A stretch of 64,000 nucleotides of DNA from Heterodontus francisci (taxonomy: Eukaryota): NCBI RefSeq assembly GCF_036365525.1, contig NC_090388.1, positions 22,561,619 through 22,625,618 of the forward strand, written 5' to 3'. The position numbers were made by a program, and so were the translations under genes. Positions 11,380-23,479 of the stretch are shown here, piece after piece; the first letter of the stretch is position 1; each line of letters begins with the position of its first letter. A model generated the notes under the pieces. It searched no databases, had not been told where the DNA came from, and saw only the letters and a list, made by a program, of their open reading frames with translations.

Positions 11380-13400
11380 CAAAGGCTGCACATGTGCAGT
11401 TAAGCAACCAAGGTCAATAATAATGAGGTAAGTGACAGTATCAAGCTAAAAGCAAATGCAAGGGAAAGTGAAAATGTGGTGGACTCGGGGAGCTATAAAA
11501 CTAACAACGGCAAACAATGTAATGAGGTACTAAAATGGGAAATGAGAAAGAAACTGGTAACATACAAGCTAACAGCAAAAGTTTTTATAAATGTATTAAG
11601 AGGAAGAGAGTAATGTGGGCTCATTAAAGACAGGTGTGAGACTATAATGAACAGTAAGGAAATGGAAGGCTTGTTAAGAGTTCTTTGTATTCATTTTCAC
11701 AGTGGTGAAAGAGGACAAAATGCTCGTGGTATAGGAAAAAAAAAGTCAAGGTGAAGGATTTAAAATCAGCGATTTAATATCAGTACAAGTAAAATGGTAA
11801 TGGGAAAAAAATAATGAGACTTAAGATGGACAAATCTGAGACCTAATGCTTTCCACCCTAGAAAGAGAAGAAATTGCAGACGTGTTAGTCATACTTTTCT
11901 AAAGTTTTCTAGGAATTGTGCCTTTTGGTTTGAAAAATTATTGCATATCTTTGTATGAAGTCCATTTGGGCCTGGTGCCATGTTTTCTTTTAACTTCCTC
12001 AGTCTATCAGATAACTACCTTATCTAACATTTATTTTTATGCTAATACTACTTCTGTGTAGCCTTCTTTTCCCCACCCCCAAGGAATTTAGCTTTTGTGT
12101 TGGCGAATCATTGAAAAGAAGAATTCATTTTTGTATAATTGCTCTCAAGGCATTTCTGATCTTTCAGTGTTTTCTTTTCTATCTTGCTGCAAATATACTT
12201 AAAGAAATTTCCTTACTTTTTCCTTTTGTTTTAGCTTGCCCGCCCAGTTTATTTTGCCTTATGTTTATGTATTTACCTTGGCCCATTATGCTACCCACTG
12301 CTTTATACTTTACGGATAATCTATTGTCCTTATTCCCTATATTGCTTCCATAATTGCACACGTCGCTTTTTTCCCCATTTGTCACCCTTTTGCTCTTGTG
12401 ACATGCAGCTACTCTGTATTGTGTATATTATTTTGAAATATCCATTTCCTTCCACGCTCTTTCCCTTTAGCAGGGTCGATGGTCTAGTTTCCTTTTACTC
12501 GTATCCTTAAATCTGTTCAATATTTTGATTGTACAGGTTCAATTGAAGCATTCAAAAGGGAATTAGACTGTCAGATGAAGAGGAAGAATGTGCAGGGTTA
12601 CAGGGAGAAGGAGAGGGAATGGCACTGAGTGAATTGCTCTTTCGGAGAGCTGGTGCAGACACGATAGGCCAAATGACCTCCTGCACTGTTACAATTCTGT
12701 GATTGTGATTCTATGATTACTCATTGTCTTCTCCATTGTCAGTCTAACAAGCTCCATAATGTTGTGATCACATTTATCGAGTTTTGTTTTGGATCACCTG
12801 CTCTCCTATCTGTTCGTTCTTAATATCAGGACCAGTAGTGTCCCTGCTTGACTCGGTTCCTTGACCAGTTATTCTACGCAGGAGTCAAATGTGTTCAGGA
12901 TCATGTTGCGCCTGGTAAATTAAAGCTACCTATTACAATTAAATCTCTTCTGTACAGGCTTCATATAATTAACTACAAAGTTCTTGGTCCATCCTTTCTC
13001 TTAACTTGGTGGTGTATAGCAGCAGTCTGTAGTTAATGATGCATCTCATCCCTTTCCATTTTATCTACAGCAGACCACATTAGTCTATCTCTGTTACATC
13101 CATTTCACACAATATACAACAATATTTCCCAGTTTAGCTTTTCTACTACTTTTTTAAAAAACTGTGTTCCTGTACTTTTACCAAATCTGTCATTATTGAA
13201 GAACTAGGTCTGTATGATAACATTGGTTCATTCTCCAGAAAAGACTTCCCTACTCTATTAGATATCTGGCAGAAATGTTTTCACCTGCTCAGTTACATCT
13301 GGGAGGCACCATACCATTTGAGACTTCTTGGCACAGCTGCAAAATAGGCTCTCTATCCCCTTAATTATGGAGTTCTAATCTCTCATTCTTCTCACTAGTA
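11380..13400. mobile_element. Cluster of old CR1 fragments in mixed orientation
   Basis: Degenerate CR1 ORF2-like segments (+ ~11380-11940, - ~11950-12530) and a + strand CR1 tail at ~12535-12720. Boundaries rough. Confidence 0.55.
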
Positions 13401-13930
13401 TTTATTTTCTTCCCCATGGGTAACACTTTGCTGTTGTGTTGCTATTGATTACACTCTTCCTTTGTCCCTGAGAAATGAAATGGGCAGTTTGGGGTGCCGT
13501 TCTGAGTTTGAGGTTGTGACATGCGACTCGAGGGGGCATATGGCCTATTCCTGTTTCCATTCCTTTTGTTTTCAATGACCCGTTAATAGGACTGATTTAA
13601 AAAGAGCAATGTTCTACATCAAAACGTGCTGTATTTGATCCTTCAAGCTGACTCTGGGTCTCTGAAATGGAAAGTGTTCCATTTCCCAGCATTAACATTC
13701 TTCACCTTGGTGAATTTAAAATTCACAAAATGTAAGTATAGCACGAGCACCACACTTCCCTGCCCCATTAGTATGGAATTTCCATCAAATTTAGATCGGG
13801 TCTGAAAATGTTATGCTGTTGTTGAAAACTGTGAGGTTTAAAGTACTCTTTTTAATTTTGCTTTCATGGAGCTTAGTCTCTTTAAAGAATCAATAAGTTT
13901 AAAAGTTCTCACTGTGCCCTTGCTTTTAAG

Positions 13931-14008
13931 GAAGCTCATAAAATGGTACGAGAAGCAAATGTCAAACAAGCTGCAGCAGAGAAACAGTTAAAAGAAGCAC
14001 AAGGCAAG
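13931..14008 (+). CDS. RAB3IP: RAB3IP coding exon: [26 protein letters not shown]
   Basis: tttaag|GAA...AAG|gtaact, 78 nt, phase 0/0. Confidence 0.95.
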
Positions 14009-14306
14009 GTAACTGCTTGTCAATTTATTACAAAATTTAGTACGATTTTCCAAGTAGTTTCATGGTTTTATATAGCCATAGGATAATTTTTACTAATTCA
14101 TTAAGCATTTCAAGCATTTTCTTTGATTGCAATTTTTCAGTTCTTTGTTCTGGTCTGAACCTGCTTTGCTTCATCTTTTTATAAATCTTTGTTTTTGAAT
14201 TCAGAGTTTTGCTAATTATATAAGCAAAGTTTTGCTAAAACTGCTGCATACATTTGTTGAATTAACGAACTAATTGTGTCAAAATTATTTTGCATTTACT
14301 TAAAAG

Positions 14307-14507
14307 ATTGATGTACTGCAAGCTGAAGTGTCAGCATTGAAAACACTAGTCCAGTCCTCTTCACCAACATCACCTACCAAGGAGCTTCAGCCAAATGCAA
14401 AAGCTCATTTTAAAAAGGGACATGCTCGAAATAAAAGTACCAGTGCTATGGCCAGCAGCAGCCAGGAGCTGAATATGATGCAGCCTATTGTAAGAGATTG
14501 TAAAGAG
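14307..14507 (+). CDS. RAB3IP: RAB3IP coding exon: [15 protein letters not shown]...GHARNKSTS...IVRDCKE
   Basis: aaaag|ATT...GAG|gtaagc, 201 nt; retains the HxRxxS NDR-kinase motif known from Rabin8. Confidence 0.95.
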
Positions 14508-14593
14508 GTAAGCTTTATTTTTGAAAGTTTTTCAAAAATAAACTTTGAGTAACATGTGGTCCAATGACTTATTTGGAGTCCTTTGATTACTTA

Positions 14594-14900
14594 TTACAAG
14601 AACACAAGAAATGGGCAGGAGTAGACTATATGGCCCATTGACCCTGATCTGCCATTCAGTACGGTCTTGGGCTTCAACTGCTTTCCAGCCTGCTTGCCAT
14701 ATCCCTTGATTCCCGGAGAGGCCAAAAATCTGTCTATCCCAGCCTTAAATGTATTCAATGATCCACAACCCTTTGGGGTAGAGAATTCCACAGATTCACA
14801 ATCCTTTTGAATGAAATAATTTCTCCTTATCTCAGTCCTAAATGATTGACCCTTTATGCTGAAACTGTGCCTCGGTGTTTTAGATTTCCCCAGCCAGCTA
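14594..14900 (-). mobile_element. CR1 3' fragment, followed by an L2-like tail to ~14995
   Basis: ORF relic HSFSIKGQSFRTEIRRNYF...FKAGIDRFL and a CR1 tail. Confidence 0.75.
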
Positions 14901-15124
14901 CCTTTCTCCAGGTTACCCATCCTAATATCCTCTTTGGCTCAGTTTCAATTTTTGTCTGATTTATGCTACTGTGAAGCACCTGGGACATTTTGCTATTTAC
15001 TGTTAAAAAAAAAAAGTTAGATCTGATTTCGTTAAAGGAAAAAGCTCGTTACAAAATATTTTGATTTTGCTTAACTAATGTAATCTGTCAATCTCTGAAA
15101 TTTCTGGTGCTTTGCAGTTAGAAA

Positions 15125-16185
15125 GAAAGCGCTTGCATTTATTTAGTGCTTTTCAGGATCTCGGGACATCAGTTAAATTCTTTTGAATAGTGCCATGGAA
15201 TCTTTAACACCCTCCGGAGAGGTCAGATAGTGGCCTGGATTTTATTTTGCCAGCAGCTGCCATAAAAGATGGCAGCCCCCATGCCGTGGGTTTTACTCTG
15301 CGCAGCCGCTGCGATATTTTACATGGCGGCTCATTTATATGGCCGGGGTGAATCGCCCCCCCCGAATGAGATGGAGGGGGCAGGCGATCCGTCCCTGGCA
15401 ACGGTGTCCGACGCCATTGCACGGGCCATGGCACCATTTTTAAAGGGCTTCCAGCTCTTACATTTAATTTAAATTCTTAAAGACACATTACCTTAAAATT
15501 TATTAAAACTAATTAAATAAATGTTCCCAGCCCCTCTACCACCCCCACAATAACCTTACATTTCATCCTTGCCCTCTTTTTTCCCCCCCCCCCCACCCCC
15601 CACCCCCCCAAAAAAAGTTCAGAAACTTTTAACTTTGATCTAGCAGGTGATGGGAAGGGGTAATCAGGTAAGTAAGTTTGACCCCGCTCCCCTCTCTTTC
15701 TCTTCCTTCACCCCCCCCCCCCCCCACAACCACCGTTCTGCCTTACAACACTGGTCGTAGAACCAATGGCGCGGGAGTGCCGACCACCGATCGCAATATC
15801 GGAGCGCGACGGCTGATGGGACCAGGTAATTAATGAATTAACTTATTCATTTACATTAATTACCATATTTAAATATGGTTACCGTCACCCAGCAGCTGTG
15901 GGGGGGCGGGCGGGTTTGGTGCCGCCATGAGGCCTTTCTGCCGCTGACAATATGGGGCTGGGCCTTCCTGTTGTCGAGGCTCATGGCGGCCTCTCCCAGA
16001 ACCATTTTATGGCACCCCCACGCCCACCCCCCCCCCCCCCACAAACGGGTTGGTAAAATTCAGCCCAGTTTCTCGGTTTAGCATCTCATCTGCAAAGCAG
16101 CACCTCCGACAGTGCTCTGCTCCCTCAGTACTGCATTGGAGTGTCAACATAGGTACGTGTTTGAGTCTCTGGAGTAGATCTTAGA
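15125..16185 (-). mobile_element. Deu-domain SINE fragment split by a MITE
   Basis: 15125-15231 and 16070-16185 are collinear with the SINE at 37790-38235. Confidence 0.65.
15232..16066. mobile_element. PIF/Harbinger-like MITE
   Basis: ggcctggatttta...taaaattcagccc termini with a 3-bp agt/agt duplication. Confidence 0.7.
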
Positions 16186-16517
16186 TTCGTAGCAAAAGTA
16201 GGGTCTGTTAAAATCCTACATAATCTAAAATATTGTGAAAGGTGGTTTTCTAGTGTGGAATAGGAACAGTGATTTTGTGTAACTGTAATTTTGCAAACCT
16301 CTCATCCAACCAGAATAGATGCATTCGCTACAACCTTTACACATTTCTTTGTCATTTGAGGTAAATTAAGAGTTCAGTTAATGGCAAATTTTAATTGTAA
16401 CTTTAAAAAAAGTTGCAGACACAGTTTCAACCATTAATATTGATGAATTATTCGAATTTAGATCTTTGCAGTTTATTTTCAGCTTTACTTACAACTTTTT
16501 ATGTAAATTTGCAAAAG

Positions 16518-16646
16518 GTTGATTCGCTTCTGTTTGGTGAATTTAAAGCATGGAAAGAAGAACCAACAATCGATAGAACTTGCTGTTTTTTAGACAGAAT
16601 CTATAAAGAAGATATATATCCTTGCTTGACATTTTCAAAAAGTGAG
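16518..16646 (+). CDS. RAB3IP: RAB3IP coding exon: [43 protein letters not shown]
   Basis: caaaag|GTT...GAG|gtaaga, 129 nt. Confidence 0.95.
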
Positions 16647-17091
16647 GTAAGAAAGAACACAAATCAACAATTTAGGTAAAAGTAACTATATAGTAATGTA
16701 GTAACTAACGAGGCCAGTAGTGCTTACTGAATAGGTTGTGCTTGAAATTTGAATCTGTTTGTTTGTTTACTTTTAAATAAATGTTTGATCAAAGGACATC
16801 TTAAAAAGTAGAAGAAAGATAACAATTTAATTATTCTGTAAATATATGGTAGCCTTGTGGTTTTGGTGCTGGATTGGCGATCTAAGTGTTTTGAGTTCAA
16901 ATCCTGCCAAGGCAAGTTGAATTTTTTCTCGAATTTGTAATTTGTAGCACCAGAAATATAACTGTTGTTTAAAAACCTACTGATTCACTAATGTCATTCG
17001 GGGATCTGCTTAAGGCAGTCTTCGTCAACCCTGCAAAGTCGTTCCCATCAACATCAGTGGGCTGGTGCTTAAGTTGGGAGCGCTGTTCCAT

Positions 17092-17290
17092 GTCGGAACA
17101 GGAACAGGCCATTCAGCCCTTTAAGCCTGTTCTGTCATTCATCTAGATTATGGCTGATCTGTACCTCAATTGCACCTTTAATCCATATCTCTTGATTGTC
17201 TGACCGAACAAAAATTTATTGACAGTTTTGAAAGTTTCCATTGACTCAGTACCCACAGCCTTTCGGGGAGACAGTTAGATTTCTACTATA
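17092..17290 (-). mobile_element. CR1 3' tail fragment
   Basis: ggaacaggccattcagccctttaagcctgttc matches the minus-strand CR1 tail at ~34270. Confidence 0.7.
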
Positions 17291-17321
17291 GATTGTAAAA
17301 TTAGCTTTCCCCTTTCTCCAG

Positions 17322-17434
17322 CTGGCTTCAACGATTCTTGAAGCTGTGGAAGGCAATACACTAAGCATTGAACCAGTTGGATTTCAGCCACTTCCTGTTG
17401 TGAAAGCTTCTGCAGTGGAGTGTGGAGGACCCAA
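17322..17434 (+). CDS. RAB3IP: RAB3IP coding exon: [37 protein letters not shown](K/N)
   Basis: ttctccag|CTG...CCCAA|gtaagt, 113 nt, ends in phase 2. Confidence 0.95.
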
Positions 17435-19720
17435 GTAAGTTAAACTTGGATTTTACTACTTTTAATTTTTAAATGTTAATCCTGCATTTATTTTATACTG
17501 GGGGAAAATAAATGCACTTCTCTCTTTGCAAGTTAAATAATTGACACAGATCCAAGACATGATGGTCATTATTGTTTTTAAGCAATAGATATCAGGAACC
17601 AAATAATAAGACCCTAATTCATTGGATTGAATATGTAATTGAATGTAAGAGTGCAGCTAGAGAGGTTTATCTGCATCATCTGAATTCTTTGATGAAATTA
17701 TTGTGTTTCTCTTCAGTGTTCCTTGCTTTACTATTTGGATTTACACATTGCTTCAGAATTTTTTTCTAACTTGACCACCACTGAGTATTGATGTACAATG
17801 GTGAGGGCTCTCAACCAGAACAAAAAAGTTAATCAGTTGTATTGCATATAGTGGGTTCTTGATGCACCTGACTTTATTACATATTAATGTTTTGAATTGT
17901 TCCCAATCTCCAGCATATTAAAATATAACCTAATATCTATGTTCTAATATATTACATTTTTTGAATATGTGCTCACTTCCTTTGTCAAGTCTTTCCATTA
18001 AAACTTCTATAGTTACATTTATAATGGAAACCACCTATATAACTCGTCTTGTTATAATTACGTTCCTGCCAATGGTATAGCTATCGGACCGCAGTTTGGT
18101 TTCCTATCTCAGCCTATTTGCACTATTATGCCCCAGTCACCTCTGCTTCTCTGCTTTTCAGGTTACTATATGGTATGTTACTTAAAAATTAAAATGTTAT
18201 ATAAAATAGAAAGGGAATTGTCTTACTTGAAAATGGAAACTGAATTATGCTTGCTCGCATTATCCTCCACTCACTAACCCTACCATTCAATGATTACACC
18301 TGGTCTTAATTTCCCATATGCCACAGGCGGTCAATTAAAAATCTTGTGTCTGCATGCAGTTCCTGTCTACAGAACTTCCTGTTATGATTTTCATTAAACT
18401 TTTTTCTATTACTGCCACTACTTGTGTTCAAAATTAAAACGTAAACTGTTTATGTAAATGATTCACTGTGCAATTACACCATCTGTCCATTGAGTGGTCT
18501 GTATTATCTGCACCCCACAAATCGCTCAAGATGCTTTGTAAACATTATTTCACCCGTGTTTTGATGTTAGAAATACTCTAATTGTTTACACCCTTGCGAC
18601 AGAGATTCTGATCACTAATCCCAAAGAGCTATAGTACAAAACATATATGGATGGGGACTTTATTTTAATTAGATTTTAAAAAAATGTTTAAGTTTGAAAG
18701 CAAACAAAGCATATTTGAGTAAACTAGGAAGGAAGAAGTGCAGGCCATAAGGAAGCAGGTTGGCAGGAGGCCCTCTACTATCTTACCACCAGTTCTCATG
18801 GAAAGTGAATTAAAGGGGTGTGGGGGGTCATGGATGGAGGGTTAAGAGTGAGCTGTATGAATATGGCACAAATAGGAGGGGCAGGTGCAGGTATGTAGTT
18901 CATGGGAAAACCCAGGGTAATGGCAGTAATGGGGTGGTAGGAAGGGGAGGGAGTAGTGGGAAGGTAAAGATGAGATGTGAGGGAAGCACAAGTGCTTGTT
19001 TAAGTGGGATGGGAAGGGAGTCATTGGTCACTGAGAGCTGCGTTGTCCCCACAATCCCTTTTCCAAATGCAACCTGCAGCTGTTAGGCTTCCCGAAAGGA
19101 AAGAAGGAATGTACAGGCAGAAGTGAAAATAAAAAGCTGCAAGATGAAAAGATAGGGAAAGAGAAGCAGAAGAGGAGAGACTGAGAAACAGCAATGCAAA
19201 GGAAACAGTCAGGTATGAAAGAGACGCTGAGTAATTTTGTAATTGAAGTGAGCTGCACTCATCTGTTCCTGGCCTAGTTTCATGCTTTCCAGTAAAATCC
19301 ATGCTCTCTGGTTACGGTCGCCTGTTTGTTACTCTCCTGGCCTACCAGATTCAACCATCTGGTTTCACTGCTGTTCCCTTAGCCATCAGTGTTTGTCTTT
19401 AAAATGTTTTTTTTGGAGCTAGATATGTTCAGCTGTCTTGAGATTTAAGAAGGATTTGAATGTATTTCTGTACATGGTCCTAGGGAACTTACTGGTCAGT
19501 AACATTTAGCTGTATTCATTGTACAAAGAAATCACCAATGTATGTTACCTCTTAAAGCGTGCAACTTAAAATCATCTCCACTCATTATATTTCCTAAAAA
19601 CTTGATTTAATTTTAAATTTAACATGAGAGCTGTATGAGTTTCAGTTACGGAAACAGCCAGTAAAATCATGAGAACTTGAGCCAAATAGCTGGGGAGAAA
19701 AGAAGGCACATAAATGTACA

Positions 19721-20565
19721 TAAGAGCAAAGTACTGCGGAATCTGGAACTTAGAACAGAAAGTGCTGGAAACACCCAGGCCCGGCAGCGTCTGAAGAGAG
19801 AAACCGAATTAGTGTTTTGGGTCTGTGACCTTCATCAGAACGGGCAAAAGTTAGAAATGGAACAGTCTTTGAGCAAGTGAAAGGCAGGGTGGGGTGGTGG
19901 GGCCGGTTGAGAAGAACAAGAGGGAAGGTCTGTGGGAAAGATGAAGGAGGGAAGAGATTAAATGACAGAGATGTCATGGAACAGAATGCAAATGGGTGCT
20001 AAATAGTTGTAGTGAAAGACAAAGCATGAGTCCCGAGAGAGTGCTAATGGCAGAATAATGAACAGCTCTGTCCAAAAGCAAAAACATGAAAAACAAGTTT
20101 AAGACTAGTGCATGATATTAAAAATATATTAAAAAATGATAAATTAAAAAAATGGGGCTCATGGTCTGAAATTATTGAACTCAATATTGAGTCCAAAAGG
20201 CTGTGGAGTGCCTAATCATATGATGACATGCTGTTCCTTGAGCTTGTTTTGAGCTTCACTGGAACACTGCAGCAGGCCGAGGACAGAAATGTGGGCATCA
20301 GAGCATGGCGAATTAAAATGTCAAGCAACTGGAAACTCAACATCTGTCATTTAATCTCTCCCCACTCCATTCTTATCACAGACCTTCCCTCTTGTTCTTC
20401 TTTCCGCCCCCCCTCCCCCAATCCCTATCACTTGCTCAAAGACTGTTACACTTACAACTTTTGCCAGTTCTGATAAAGGGTCACAGACCTGAAACATTAA
20501 CTGTTTCTCTCTTCACAGATGCTGCCAGACCTGCTGAGTGTTTCCGACACTTGCTGTTCTTATTT
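19721..20565. mobile_element. Penelope-like insertion made of two inverted 3' ends
   Basis: Minus arm ~19721-20340 and plus arm ~20341-20565, each ending in a pLTR. Flanks cacataaatgtaca (19707-19720) and cacctaaatgtata (20566-20579). Confidence 0.8.
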
Positions 20566-20829
20566 CACCTAAATGTATAGTTGCTATTATTAACAAAGAT
20601 TAAATTTTTTAAGATTTTGGATGGATTATCGAAGGACTTTCCTATGCTCTGTACCTATGTCTGTGATTAGTCATTGTTTCCAAAACCACAGCCCTATTGA
20701 TCAGTTCATTTTTTATTATTATATGACTAGTAGGCTTCCTGTGGCAAATAAAAACAGAAAATGCTGGAAATAATCAGGTCAGGCAGCATATATGGAGAGA
20801 GAAACAGAGTTAATGTTTCTGGTCGATTG

Positions 20830-21310
20830 CAGAAGGGAGTGGAGGAGAAGCGGTGATCGCGGGTGGGGACAGGAAAGAGAAGTGGCAATTGAGGCGGTGA
20901 TCGCAGGAGAGAGAGGCGAAGAGAAAGCGGTGATCATGGATGAGAGAGGGGAATAGAAAGTGGTGATCGCAGGTGAGAGAGGCGAAGAGAAAGCGGTGAT
21001 CGCAGGTGAGAGAGGCGAAGAGAAAGCGGTGATCGCAGGTGAGAGAGGCGAAGAGAAAGCGGCGATCGCAGGAGAGGCGAAGAGAAAGCGGCGATCGCAG
21101 GAGAGGCGAAGAGAAAGCGGCGATCGCAGGAGAGAGAAGGGAAGAGAAAGTGGCGGTCACAGGAAAGAGCGAGGAAGAGGAAGCGGCGATCGCAGGAGGG
21201 AGCGGGGAAGAGAAAGCAGCAATTGAGGCGGTGATCGTGGGAGGGAGCAGGGAAGAGAAAGTGGGGCTCGCGGGAGGAAGAGGGGAAGAGAAAGTGGCAG
21301 TTGCAGGTGG
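20830..21310. repeat. Purine-rich, CpG-containing minisatellite (29-33-bp units)
   Basis: Units gcggtgatcgcaggtgagagaggcgaagagaaa (33 nt) and gcggcgatcgcaggagaggcgaagagaaa (29 nt), degenerating at both ends. Confidence 0.9.
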
Positions 21311-22510
21311 GAGTGGGGTACTTTTGGGTGGGTGATGGAAGTGGCAATTGAGGGGTGTGGGAGCTTGGGTTTAATTCATTTTTTTGTGTCAAGTTGAGCT
21401 GTGCCACCTTTATTACTGGCAGCTGCCTGAGACGTCGCAGACGGTGATGTTTCAGTTGATGTGGCTACATTTGTGCAGTGACAGTAGTACGCTACCTAGT
21501 GGCTGCATTGTCAGCAAACACAGCCTTTAGTTTTACTTTGTTTCTCGCTTCTGCTTTCGGATGGCAACTGTTCATTCTGCCATCGCACCACCTCTAGGTA
21601 AATCTAGATCTAGGTCACAAAAGATCATTTTCAGGAAGGTGCTTTTTTCAATTTGGACCCTTTAAAAGCCTGTGAATTGGACAAAGAGCAGGCATTTGAA
21701 ATCTTTGCTTGACCTGTTTGTAGCGAGAGAGAAAAGACCTAGAAAAGTGCAACCTCTCTTTCTGTAACGGTCACTCGCATCTCTTGAAAAGGAATTCTGC
21801 ATTTGAAAGGTAGCAGATTCCTGTTGTCTCCAGTCTCTGAAGAATTTCTGCCTCCTATGTTCTAACAAAATCTTGAAATCTAAAGAATTCTTCTACTGCT
21901 AGCCTGTTGCTTCAAAACCCAAGCAGACCTGTTGCTACACCCCTGATGGCAGACCTATGTGGCGCCTGCTGCAGTTAAATTGCGTGAACACCTACCCATC
22001 ACAGACTGTTCATCAACCTCGCCTGGAGAGACTTCAGGTGGTATCTGACTATTCGACTCTGGGATACCTCACCCTATCAAAAACATCCTACCAGAACGTA
22101 AACCTCAATTATTTTTTATTATTCCTTCTATTCCTAAGAAACAGTTATAATCCAAAACCCCCTTTTGAAACTGATTAACCATTTCTTTTGAATGTATGTG
22201 TGTGTGCACATGAGGGTTAAGAGAATAAGGGGTTTTTCATGTATAGATTTATCTCATTTGTAGTCACGACCTATTATTTCTTTTCTAATAAATAGTTAAT
22301 GATATTGTTTAAAGAAACCTGGTTTGGTATGCTTTATTCTGGGGGAAATATAGTGTGTTTAATTTGGCTATTCTTCGGCAGGTGGGAAATTTTATTTGAT
22401 ATTGTTGTGGAGAAAAGAACCACTCTCTTGAGTCTATGGGATTAAAGTAAATAAAAGTTTTTAATCAAGCACCGGCACAAGGGAGAAGTGCCTGGTGAAA
22501 CAGTCTGTAG

Positions 22511-22820
22511 TAAAGGCGGCTCGGGTCTGCAAATGAAACCCAACCCGAGCCTGACAGAACCACATCCGACCCCAGCTTGACCTGGCCCGATTCATTTTTT
22601 TGCCATGCCCGACCCGACCCGACCATCAGTTGACCTAGCTTCCGTTTTTCACTTTGTTGCTTATCTGCACAAGCTTAAAAAAACTGTAACTAAACAACAG
22701 TTCAAGTCCAAAAAGTACATTAACGTTGGAGCCACGTACTGGAGGTGGTGATAGTGTGTCCGACCCAAGCCCGAATGCCGGACCCAGAAGAGTGACCCGA
22801 CCCGAACCCGCCATGCTGTA
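22511..22820. mobile_element. hAT-like MITE inside the ERV 3' LTR
   Basis: 8-bp TSD gtctgtag (22503-22510, 22821-22828) and cccga/acccg subterminal repeats; absent from the other LTR. Confidence 0.8.
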
Positions 22821-23479
22821 GTCTGTAGTACAAACTTATAGAATCCAATAACCATTACTCATTTGTTCATATTACCCCGACACAACCCAGGTCTGCAGCT
22901 TGATCACTAAACTGAATTGTATTGCCCCACTAACATTTTCCTGTCATCTCTTTTCCCAGCCTTGAAGCTGGCATCTCCCATCGTTCATGGCCTCCTGTTC
23001 CATTTGCATTCACGCCCTTATCTCCTTGATTAGTGAAGCAAGGACAGCATGTTTACACAGATGTGGAGGCAATTAGGTTCCGGTTGTACTACTATCCCAG
23101 GGCTGTGGCCACGTATCCCATCATACCCTGGTTCCCCACAACTATAGTGTTTTTCCATATTTCCTCTAAGACTGTTAGCATATCCTAATGCTAAATGATC
23201 TACTAATGTTGCCCTACTGGTCCCACTTCAGTCCTTCCTTTTGGACCCCCGGTCAGGCGCATCACTTGACCCAGGCAGGACATTCCCAACATCCTCCACT
23301 CACCGATTGCTCCAGGGATTCTACTGGAGTTCAGTGGGCTTCGGATCTCTACTCTACCGTTCTCTTACGGTTTCACCAAAGTCCTATTGACTTGGCTGGG
23401 CCTGGAACCTCCATCCCGTTATATAGTGTAATCTTTATATATATTCAAAAGTTTCATATTCCCTGGGAGAGGGGCTCTG

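Noticed and set aside
20830-21310. CRISPR-like periodicity
   Set aside because: Eukaryotic context, no unique spacers and no cas genes.
20810-21407. Overlapping repetitive ORFs on both strands
   Set aside because: By-products of the minisatellite; no splice or start context.
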